The notes under the pieces are model-generated. The model made no database searches, was not told where the DNA came from, and worked only from the letters and a program-made list of their open reading frames with translations. From contig OZ024740.1 of NCBI GenBank assembly GCA_964016885.1, positions 205,468,001-205,532,000 on the forward strand: a stretch of DNA of 64,000 nucleotides. The letters are read 5' to 3'. Source of the stretch: Eledone cirrhosa (taxonomy: Eukaryota). The position numbers were made by a program, and so were the translations under genes. Below, piece by piece: positions 38,990 to 49,652 of this stretch (positions within the stretch are counted from its first letter, which is position 1; every line of letters begins with the position of its first letter).

Positions 38990-40095
38990 TTTTGGAAGCC
39001 TCAACAATGCAGATGGGTAAATCTCCGGGTAACAGTATCCGGTGGTGAAGAGAGAGATGTATAGTGTGTAGAGGAACGTAGGAAAGAGCGTAAAAATAAA
39101 AATAATAACACGAGATAGAGTTATCTTGGGAGAGATTTAATTGTCCATATATTTCGGATTTCGCATCCATCAACTGGGGGGTTTTCCGAGGGGGAAAGTT
39201 ATGTCGGAGAGGAACGGTATGTGGCCCCTGTTGTCCGCCGTTTGTGTGTAATTGAGATATTCTGTAGAGCGCGCATGCACGTGGAATAGGTGCAGTCAAG
39301 CAAAGGTTGAGGCAGTTCCTCTTTATTGTGGGAGTGGGATGGTGCTAGCTGTCAATCCATTATACTACCTATATTCAGTCTTTGTTACTGGCATTGTTGG
39401 TAGTCTGCATGGTTGATGGATGGTGGGGGCGCTATACACAGAATAATAATCGTTCGAATGCCACTGTGTGTGTGCGTCTGCTGTTGTCTAGTTTGTTTAC
39501 ACCAGCCACCTCGTCTCGCTTCTCTCGGATCGGTTATTTATTTGTTGTCTTAGGCGTTTTATCCTAAGTGCTTCCTTGATTCGTAATGTGCCGACATTGT
39601 GTTCTGTCGCTAGCACTGTGACAATGGGCCTTCCGTCTTTCTTTCCGGAAAGACAAGGCTCTGGTGTTGATGTGCTCCTTGATCTAGATATGTAGCGGCC
39701 GGGTTGTGCTACCAATATAGTAGTGGTTACACTTGTCACATTCTACCCTGTATGTGCGTAAGTAACAGTTCGTTTGGCACATCGGAGAGTTTCTGAGGGA
39801 ACACGCATCAGTCGATTTCCCGGGTTTCCTGGAGAGGCATCTCCATAGGGAGGGGCCTGAGTGGGCCAGGTGGATGTTGAGGCCCTCTCTCCGTATAGCC
39901 CTGCAGATAGCGTTGGTGGTTTTCTCACCCAGGTGTGGGATTTTAAGCAAGCACTTGCCTTGGGTGTTTCTCTGCTTCTTGTGCCTGGTGTCTCTTACTC
40001 TGTAAGCGAGGCTGGGTATCCGTTCGTCTCCAGCACCCTGAGGAACCGCTTGGTATGGGTGACACCACTCACGGGATCGCTACATCTGTTTCAAG
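38990..40095 (-). mobile_element. Penelope-like element 3' part (thumb + GIY-YIG + pLTR), decayed
   Basis: Minus-strand FLRVLETNGYP, LKIPHLG, YRVECDKCNHYYIGSTTRPL and LRIKEALRIK...INNRSE motifs. Confidence 0.85.
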
Positions 40096-40517
40096 TGCTT
40101 TCTTTGGCGCTACACAGTAATACAGAAGACCCGCCTTGCCTAAGTACAAAGTGAAACCTACAGTCAGTAGGCACCTCTAACAAAAATACACCCCCGTCCC
40201 ACTACCCCCACCCCTTCCAATGTAAAGTTATGTTGGTACCACAACATCCAGGCCGAAACAAATGAGGTCGTGTAGGTGTCACGACAAAAAAAAAACACAC
40301 AGTCCACGCTGTAATGTGGCCATGTAGGTAACACGGTAAAAACCTCCCAGTCAACACTGTAAAGGTGGTTGGTGTTAGGAAGGGCATCCAGCTGTAGAAA
40401 ACCCGCCAGACAGTCCTATACGAGCAAGTCAACCAATCTTGCCTCAAGTGGGAAAATTCCCGTCCAAACCCATGCAAGCGTGGAAGATGGACGTTAAACG
40501 ATGATGATGATGATGAT
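40095..40517 (+). mobile_element. RTE family A 3' end
   Basis: Matches the family A 3' UTR and (GAT)n tail. Confidence 0.88.
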
Positions 40518-40661
40518 CTATATCTATCTATCTATTTCTCTCTCTCTATATATATATCTATATATCTATATAGGCAAAGGGATATTTAATTTGTTGGTAA
40601 TTCAACAAATATATTTATAACAGATTCGGAGCACTCGACAGATTTTCTGGAGTATAATATT

Positions 40662-40979
40662 AATGATATTAATAAATGGAAACTATATTTATAAAACCAT
40701 ATTTATTCTATTATATATATTTCAAGGGTACCAAAACTTTGGTACGCTCTCATCAGATAAAATACAAAGTTTGTTTTATAAATATTGACATATCCAGGAA
40801 TGAGACCTTAACAGGTGAAACTTGAATCGTTAAGGTCTCATTCCTGGATATGTCAATATTTATAAAACAAACTTTGTATTTTATCTGATGAGAGCGTACC
40901 AAAGTTTTGGTACCCTTGAAATATATATAATAGAATAAATATGGTTTTATAAATATAGTTTCCATTTATTAATATCATT
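40662..40979. repeat. ~151-bp apparently perfect inverted repeat carrying a hammerhead in each arm
   Basis: 40662-40812 is the reverse complement of 40829-40979 with a 16-nt spacer. Confidence 0.93.
40877..40937 (+). ncRNA. Type I hammerhead ribozyme (mirror copy at 40704-40764 on -)
   Basis: TATTTTAT-CTGATGA-GAGcGTACCA aagttt TGGTACcCTT-GAAA-TATATA-TA-ATAGAATA, overlapping a downstream AATAAA. Confidence 0.85.
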
Positions 40980-41185
40980 GATATCTATCTATCTATCTAT
41001 ATATATATATAAGCAACTCCCTATATGTTGAGTTTTTTTCTAGTCATATGGTTTGGAGGTCACCAATCTGTCCAGCTCTTTGTCTACCAGCATATCATGA
41101 AAAAAATAATACATCTCATATGTATTTTGCCTGACGAGGACATGTTTTGCTTTGTTATAGTTAAAACTTTACATCTTCGAAAATA

Positions 41186-41817
41186 TCTATATATATATAA
41201 AACTGAGGATGTCTGTGTGTGTGTGTGTGTGTGAGTTTGAATCCCTAAAACTCGAGAAGTACCCAACCGACTTTTTTCAATCTTTACATGTGTATTACTT
41301 ATGTTTCAGGGAGTGTTATGCACATAAAATTCAACTTTTTGATCCCATGGGGCCTGCATTAGGTGAAAAACTGCGTTTTAGGTTTTTTTTTGAGGCGTTA
41401 CGTCAGATCGATTTCCTTGAAATTGTAACTATGTATTAGTCAGTCTCTTCTTCATACCGTGAACAAAGAAAATCCAACCTTTTTATGGCCTAAGGCCCGC
41501 ATTAGGTAAAACACTTCATTTCCCCAGCTTTTTAGGGCTTTTTTGAGCCGTTACGTCTAGCCGATTTTCCGAAATTTCAAGGCATATTATGCACATAAAA
41601 AAAATTCATTTTCTTTAACTCCTAGGGCCCGCATTAGGTGAAAACCTGCATTTTTCCTGCTACACCGAGGAAAATCTTAAAGATTATCCAGCCATCAGAG
41701 TATTTGGTTTATTTTCTTTACATATTGTCCAGGCATGCAGTTTTTCCACGATTAGGTCTGTTGGCGGCTCGCGTTCCAAAACACCTTATCCCGTGCAACG
41801 CCGGGTACCACTGCTAG
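41186..41817 (+). mobile_element. Non-autonomous Helitron
   Basis: 5' TC, 3' CTAG preceded by GC hairpin CCCGtgcaacgcCGGG, inserted between A and T with no TSD; three internal GGCCCGCATTAGGTGAAAA-like repeats. Related 5' fragment at ~58215-58360 (-). Confidence 0.85.
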
Positions 41818-41870
41818 TATATAATAAAATAAATAGAGATGATATAAAGTATATATCTTTTGGTTATTAC

Positions 41871-41910
<40 letters not shown>

Positions 41911-42060
41911 TTCATATACAATAAACATATGGGTAGCCTCGCTGCCGAAGAAAAAAATATTTTTTCGCAACATAACGAAAAAAAAATTGTTTTAAAAAAT
42001 TGTTTTTTCTCTCTATTTCCCTCAATAAATATATCACAGAGTCGCCAGTATGTTCTGAGA

Positions 42061-42105
42061 ATATCCGACGAGTTTCAAGAATTGTTAATCTTTTATCAGT
42101 GACAC
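42061..42105 (-). ncRNA. Decayed hammerhead ribozyme
   Basis: GTGTCa-CTGATaA-AAGA ttaacaat TCTT-GAAA-CTCG-TC-gGATAT; uncompensated G8A and a mismatch at the base of stem I. Confidence 0.45.
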
Positions 42106-42415
42106 TCATTCAAAACGTACTGGCATATACGTGTATATATGTCTTTTTATGCATCTCTATTATGCTTAAACGCTGTAGTGTTACTGTAGTGAACAGAATT
42201 AAATATATAACTAATTGCTGCATCTGGCTTTCGAGAATTGCCATCAGTGGATCCTTTTCTCACACACCGGTAGCACGAACGTGACTTTTTAACCCTGCCA
42301 AGGATTTACATTGCTTTCTGCATATACTGCAGCGGAAAAAAACTCTTTTAGGCTACACACACAGGCACATATATATATATATATATAAAATGCAAAGGTA
42401 AGGTATTGTCTAGAC

Positions 42416-42577
42416 CAGACATGTGAAACATGCAGCCCTTTACAAAAACACCTGCGGCCCGCACAAAGGTTTTTACAGCGCGAGCATGTTTTATCTTCGT
42501 AATATAAAATAAAAAAAATTAGTTGTCGTGTGTGACCCGCAGACAACACATATGTTACCCTCAGTTTGACATGTCTG
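42416..42577. mobile_element. hAT (Charlie-like) MITE
   Basis: TIRs CAGACATGT(G/C)AAAC; 8-bp TSD GTCTAGAC / GTCTCGAC; internal CGGCCCGC motif. Confidence 0.75.
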
Positions 42578-43197
42578 GTCTCGACACATGTATCTACATG
42601 TAAGAATTATATAGGTGCAATCGTATAAGAAGATCTGAGAGAAAAGATGTAATAAGATCGATTCTAATTATCCACACACACACGCACACACACATATATA
42701 TACAGACAAAACAATTTACTACGCTTCAACAGTATGTAATAAAGAATTTCGCTTAAGGCGAAAAAAATATTTTCAGCTACTTTTCACTCATTGCTTTGTG
42801 AAAGAATATTATTAAAGTGAAAGTGTTTCTTTTTTTAATTATAAAATATATTACACTTAACGTCAAAAAATATATTCTCAGATCACATCTTATTTACATT
42901 TGTCTTTTAGTGGAGTTTCGGAATATGTAAAATGATCATAACACTTTATTTCTAGTTACAGAAGCAGTAGAGGCAGTGCAAATATTAATCGATTTTAATA
43001 TTTTGTTTTATTCGAAGCCTGATCAACATCTCCGTGCTGGTTGTATAGTTTATAGTTATCTCTTTCAATATCACTGCAGTCATCTTACACCTACCTAAAC
43101 GGCAATCATTAGTTAATTTGGGGCATGGTCGGAATAGCAGTCTATAAACCCATCAGCTGCAGACTGCAACCCTTGTTCAATATCACCATCATTATTT

Positions 43198-44338
43198 TAC
43201 GAGTTCAAATCCCGCCGAGGTTCACTTTGCCTCTCACCCTTACGGGGTCGATAAAATAAAGTACCAGTAATGTACTGAAATAATTGCTGGCCTTGTGCCA
43301 AAAGTATAAACAATTATTTTACGTGTTCAGATGGTTGATTGGCAATATCAGTAGAGCGTCGGATAACATGATTTGCGGCATTCAGTTACTACACTTTACG
43401 TTCTGAGTTCAAATCCTGACGAGGTTAGCTTTGCCTTTTATCTTGACGGAGTCGATAAAATAAAGTACGGCGATATCCAATTTTAGTGGACTAAATGCTG
43501 CTTACGTGCTGTAGTTGCTGTTTACTTCAATGTATGAGGCTATTCCAACAAATTTACATTCCCCTTTTTTTAGCCGTTAAAAGAAATATAGATTTATTTA
43601 TTGTTTTTTTTTTGCGATTTATTTGCCACTGGGGCATAGATTTCTTTATTTGTCTCGTTTTTGCTACGATTTCTTTATTTGCCACGGGGGAAGTTTTTAC
43701 AAAAATCAAGTACAAACATTTACCGAGTGATTAAAAAGGAATATAAAAAATTAAGTCCTCAATAGAGAGGCAGCCTTTTGCGGTCACACACACCCTCGTA
43801 GAAAGTGTGCGACCTTTCTGCCAGGGAGCACAGAGAGAGGGGAGTGCTCCCTTCTTCTCTTACCTGTACAAGCCGATATAGAGAGATGGCCCACTTACAC
43901 GGGCCATTATTGCTACTTTCACCCATCTTTCATGGAATTGGCTGGGACTGAGTGCCTTTCTCTCCACCTTGATCCTTCTTTCGAAGTGGTATCGGAAGAA
44001 GAGGACCATTTGTTGGCCGGCGACATATCCCCACAGATCGGCAAAACAAACAAACAAACAAACAAAAACGTGGCAAATAAAGAAATCTATGCCCCAGTGG
44101 CAAATAAATCGCAAAATAAAACAATAAATAGATCTATATTTCTTTTAACGGCTAAAAAAAAAGGGAATGTAAATTTGTTGGAATAGCCTCATACATTGAA
44201 GTAAGCAGCAACTACAGCACGTAAGCAGCATTTAGTTCACTAAAATTGGATATCGCCTAAAGTACGAGTAATGCACTGAGGTCGATTTAATCGACTTTCC
44301 CCTCTTACAAAATTGTGCCTAATTCAGAAACCATTATT
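43198..44338 (+). mobile_element. Two tandem tRNA-derived SINEs (possibly Meta-domain type); the second is split by a MITE
   Basis: GAGTTCAAATCC...CTTTGCCT...GGGGTCGATAAAATAAAGTAC motif at ~43200-43270 and ~43404-43468, resuming at 44258. Related copies at ~55260-55435 (-), ~61090-61165 (-) and ~61298-61435 (+). Confidence 0.75.
43469..44257. mobile_element. Long-TIR MITE with 8-bp TSD, Merlin-like termini
   Basis: TIRs of about 185 bp (43469-~43652 / ~44070-44257) beginning GGCGA; perfect TSD TAAAGTAC (43461-43468, 44258-44265). Confidence 0.85.
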
Positions 44339-44615
44339 TTACGAATACAATGAGTAAAACCCAATTAGTCATCATTTTATTCGGCTGGATTTCATTCATC
44401 ATCTAACATCAACCAATTGTGGAAGGAAATATTTTGAACTAGATGTTACTAGCAACAGAAATATTAGATTTCAGGACTTACCTTTTATTCTTCACGGATT
44501 ACACAAAAGGGTTAAATGTTTTAAAAGGGTTGAATATATAAATGTAAATTAAACGTTTGAAAACATCGAGTAGCATTTAATAGATTGTTAGGAGTAAATA
44601 AATATAATTACTTAC

Positions 44616-44641
44616 TTAGTGTCGGATTTTTTAGTGTCCAT
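44616..44641 (-). CDS. CBS: Probable first coding exon of CBS (MDTKKSDT + 2 nt)
   Basis: ATG at 44641-44639 followed by a perfect GTAAGT donor (44615-44610). The exon ends in phase 2, matching exon 34003-34140, giving MDTKKSDTKKMVNENN... Lies just downstream of CCAAT boxes. Confidence 0.6.
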
Positions 44642-44699
44642 AGTAATATTTGTTCTTTCAAACGACTTTGATTCTTGGTAAGTTGTTACGGTATAAATG

Positions 44700-44775
44700 A
44701 TCTGAGAAGACACGCGCCCACCGGTATTAAACTGTTGATTGGCTAGAACACTATACGTTGATTGGTCAGAATATA
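44700..44775 (-). promoter_or_regulatory. Candidate CBS promoter with two CCAAT boxes
   Basis: Minus-strand AGCCAATCA (~44736-44744) and GACCAATCA (~44759-44767) plus a CpG-rich GGGCGCGTG, about 70-130 nt upstream of the exon-1 ATG. Confidence 0.5.
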
Positions 44776-44929
44776 CTATCACACACACACACACATATTC
44801 TCGTAAACAAACATCTTTATTGCAGCAAAGAAACAAATTCCACATTTAGTTAATTTGTTAAATAACTCGTCTCACCTATACATCACATATATTATAGTAA
44901 AAGTGTATTAACTACTCGCGAAGCGTCTT

Positions 44930-47900
44930 TCTCATACACCCTCGTCTCAAGTGGACGGAGGAGAGCAACATTTTTCGCTGTTAATAAACTGTTGCCTTCT
45001 ACAGTACGTTTCATTATCTTACGCAGCATATTTATTTGTTTCATGCGCAGACTCTTCTGTACACACACACACACACACACACACACAACATTTAGGAAAA
45101 CGGAAACAAAATAACCCCCCACCCCCCACAAAAAAAAAAAAACACATTTTATTTCTATCGTAATCAAGTGCGCTAAACCTATATTGTTTACATTCTGTGT
45201 TTTTCTACGGATGGGTAGAAATAACAAAATTGCCATGGTGATATCCATCGATGAAGTATGCGACAAAATTGGTCGATGTTCCAAAATAGAACATTGCCCA
45301 GAAGATCACATCTGCCATATCTGTACGGAACCCGAAAACTCGTTTCGTAATCGCTGGGTCGAATGTGGAACCTGTCACATATCTGTCTGCCTTCAATGCG
45401 CCACAGGCTTCCGGAAGATCCCAGGCCAAAACAAGAAACATCATATTGCTACGATGGATAGACTTTGGCAGATGGTCCAGCTAATAAATTGGTCCTTTCA
45501 GTGCCTGGACTGTATGCCTGCCTCTCCCATTGCTGCGGAACAACAACAACAACAACAAAAACCGAAGATTGTGTCTTCTTCTACCATTATTTCCGAACAA
45601 CAACAACAAAAACCGAGGATCGTGTCTTCCTCTACCATTGTTCCTGAACAGCAAAAACCAACGACCGTAGCTTCTGCTACTACCCCCGTTGAAGGACTTC
45701 ATCAACAACAGCAACCCAAGTCTTCCTCACCCGTTACTTTTCAACAACAACAACCGACGACTGTGTCTTCTCCTACCATGCCTGTTGAAGGAGAAGAACA
45801 ACAACAAAAACCGACCGTCAATACGGAGTTTGAGGAAATACGGCAAATGATTTCCGCTTTAAGCCGAGAAATAGCGGGAATAAAAGCAAGCGTTCATTTA
45901 GAACCCCACAATGAGAGATCTTACCGGAGTGCCTTGTTAAAACATCTCCGCGTACCTCATGTTGAACCTAGACGCATTGAGAATGCCACTGAATGCCATC
46001 AGAACAACCTGCCACCCCCTGCACATAATCATAGACTGGAATCAAGGTACAAATTGTTGTCCTTGAATGCACGTAGTCTATGCAATAAGATTCATCTTTT
46101 TGACTCCTATGTCAAAAGTATCAACCCTGACTTCATTACAGTCACGGAAACTTGGGCACATCCCTTACTCTGTGATGGGGTTTTCAGCATGACTGGCTAC
46201 AACCTGTTTCGTAAAGACCGCATTAATCGTTGTGGTGGTGGCGTTATGGTCTACGTTCGGTCAAATCTGTCGGCAATTCCTTGTGTTGATTTAAACCAAT
46301 CACAGCAGGAAGTTTTTTTCTGTAATATACGTATGACCATGTCAACACTGCTACTTGGAGTCGTTTACCGTCCCCCAAATTACCATCGAGACACTCAACT
46401 TTGTGATATCCTCAGAGCTGCTGCCAGGAAGACAGCCACTTATGTTTTCATTGCAGGAGACTTCAATCACCCTGAGATTGACTGGGAAACCTTTCGTTAG
46501 CCGCCAAGTGCAAATGACTTCCTTGAGCTAGTGCTGGACTCGAGTTGGTCCCAAGTGGTCACCTCCCCAACAAGAGGTGACAACACTTTGGACCTACTCT
46601 TCACCACTACTCCTGAAACGGTCATTAGTGTTACTGCTGAGGAACATTTAGGTGACTCTGATCATGCTATGATCATTGCCAATCTATCCCTCATAGGCAG
46701 TAACAAGAACCACAACCATCTCCAAACTGCTCACTTTGACTGGAATAAAGCAGACTGGAACTGTTACTGCACCGAGTTGCAACGGCCAAACTGGCTTGAG
46801 TTCTACGACTCTGGAGATGTCAACACTATACTCCAGAACATCCTGAGCTCAATATGGACAGCATGTGCAGCATCGGTGCCACGTAAGCGGAAAAAACATC
46901 CCAAAAGTGCAATTTGGGAGACTGCAGCAGTTCGTCTTGCCAGAAAAGAACGGTGCAGTGCTGAACGTGAGTACAAACTTCACAAATCAGACATTAATAG
47001 GAAGAGGCGAAATAGATTGCCAACCACCTCAAACAGATGACAAAAAAGGTAGTGCTTCAATTTGAGCAGCGCATAGCAACCAACCCTGACAGTAAGGTGT
47101 TCTGGCAGTATGTTCACTCAAAGCAGAGGCCTCACTCTCCCCAGTTGGTCCTCTTCGCAATCCCCACACAAGCCAGGTTACTGACGACCCCAAGGAATGC
47201 GCAGAGCCCATTGCTGAATACTATGCAGGCATTTTCACTATTGAAGACCAGAGTGTACCATCTCCACCACCTATGACACCGGAGTCTATTACAGCCATGG
47301 AATTTACACCTGCAGTGCTGCGACGTCACCTAAAAAATAAACGCAACCATGCCTCTCCTGGTCTTGATGGTATTACGTACCTGCTTCTTAAATGTGGTGG
47401 GAACTTCCTTCTGCACCAGTTATCACGCTTCTTCCAATTCTGTCTGAACAATGGTGCTACTCCAGAGCAGTGGAAAACTGCCAGTGTCATTCCTCTGTTC
47501 AAAAAGGGCAACCGCACATCACCTGTGAACTATCGTCCAGTCAGTCTTACTAGTTGCATCACCAAACTGATGGAATCCTGTGTCAGAGAAACACTTTGGA
47601 ACTTCTGGAGCTCTCACAGTCTTATCCGGCCCTCGCAATTTGGATTTATCCCCAACTCCAGCTGCTGTGATCAACTTATAGAGTTTCTTGAGGACATCAC
47701 CCGGATCACTGATGGCGGCTCATGGGTGGATGTTGTTTACCTTGACTTTGCGAAAGCCTTCAATTCTGTGCCACACAAAAGGCTTATGGCAAAACTCTCT
47801 GCAATGGGTGTGAAGGATGATCTTTTTAACTGGTTGAAGTCCTGCATTCTCAGTCGAAGAGAGGTAGTCACGGTTCTGGGACAGCATTCCTCACCATATG

Positions 47901-48972
47901 AGATGTTATCTGGTGTACCACAGGGATCTGTTCTTGGCCCCCTTTTGTTTGTGGCATATATTAATGACATAGATGCCAACTTAAAGAATGCCACGGTACT
48001 AAAGTACACAGATGACATCAAGCTGTACCTTGAGATAAAAAGGACAGATCCTGAACACTATAGATCTTGCTTGCAGTCTGACCTGGACACAATGCAACAA
48101 TGGATCTCAGACTGGCAACTCAAGCTAGCTGTAGACAAGTGCACCACCATGCATTTTGGGAGTAAAAATCCAGCATCCACATACTCCCTCCACAGCACTA
48201 ATATCAAGAAGTCTTCTTGTGAACGTGACTTGGGCATTACGGTCAGCAGCGATTTGCGTTGGACAAAGCACGTCTCTAAAATTGTCAAGAGGGCCAAGGG
48301 TGTCTTAGCATCACTCAGCAAGACCTTTGTCAGCCGCTCTCCAGCTATCTATTTAAAGCTGTATATAGCTATGGTGCGGCCACACTTGGAATTCGCATCA
48401 CCAGTCTGGAACCCCTATCTTGCTCAGAACATTGACCGCCTGGAAACTGTTCAGAGACGTGTAACCAAGTGAATACCCTCCATCAGGCATCTACCATACT
48501 CTGAGCATGGATACATGGGCATGGATACATTGAAGCTCCGACGCCTGGCAACTGACTTGGTAAACACCCACAAAATTGTTAACCATCTTGCCAACAACAA
48601 CCCTGAGTACCTTTTTGATTTCCATGTGTCTAACACATGTGGACATGTCCACAAAGTCAGAAAACAGCACAGTTCCCATGACTTTTGGAAACATTTTTTC
48701 ACGCTCAGAGTTGCTGAAGCATGGAACAAACTACCTGCATCAGTTGTTAGCTGTCGAGACACTGCATCCTTTAAGGCCTCTATGCTTCCCGAGATCCGCC
48801 AACACTACAGCTAATGTTCCCCCTCCATACACATACACACATGTATACCATGACTCATACACTATTCACTTCCCTGACATTTGTGTATTATTCTATGTAC
48901 TATACATACACCTTTGACGAGTTGTAGTGCACCTGAGCACTTTACACAATAATTTCATTATTATTATTATTT
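44930..48972 (+). mobile_element. CR1/L2-group LINE with 5' end, ORF1 internally deleted
   Basis: ORF 45211-46500: PHD-like finger, Q-rich repeats, then APE in frame. Further EN/RT pieces at 46531-47040, 47273-48472 and 48515-48814; (ATT)n tail. Same family as 27437-31003. The 5' boundary is approximate. Confidence 0.92.
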
Positions 48973-49652
48973 CTAGTTCCAATGACACCGGCGGTTTCAA
49001 CGGTTCATACTTAATCAACTGCCCCACAACACTTTATGGCCAAAATCTAAAGAATGTGTTACATTTGATGTCCCAAAATGAGTGGTTACGAGAAACTGGA
49101 AGACTAGCTTTTATTCACAGTTGTATAAAAAACATTACCTTTTCTTCTCTTTCCAGAAGTTATTTCTAGAAAGGAGTTTCTAGACAAATGATTATTTCTA
49201 ATATACAACATATTGTTTTTGTTATAAATCTAATTATTTACAAAACTCAAAATATTACAAATTGTTTATAATTCTTACAGAATGAAAATATAAACACATA
49301 ATAAATACAATTAATTATTGCTAGGAACCTCATAAATATAATGCACAAAAATATAAGATCAAAGCGAGAGAAAAGTATAAACAAAAACAACCATCAATTT
49401 GTAATGTTATTTATGTATATCTTTGTAAACATGTATAATTTATTCACGTTTATAATAGCATATATAATGACACAATGCTTACAGGAAAGTCATAAAATCA
49501 CTTATATCAACACAAGTGGATAAGTTACTTCAGAATGAAAATATAAACAGAGCATATAAATAAATTTACAGTAGAATAACATAACAAATATGTTTTAAAT
49601 ATATACATAAATAACATTACAAATGCCTCGGTAACACTACAAAGGATGATAC

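Noticed and set aside
39140-39178. Partial hammerhead at the expected pLTR position of the 39-40 kb Penelope (GGAT gcgaa ATCC-GAAA-TATA-TG on -)
   Set aside because: The CUGANGA core is incomplete, stem I has no partner and the cleavage position is G; at most a relic.
38664-39299. 211-aa minus-strand ORF (also 23907-24203 and 56301-56684)
   Set aside because: They span unrelated repeat fragments, have no recognisable domain and lack splice support.
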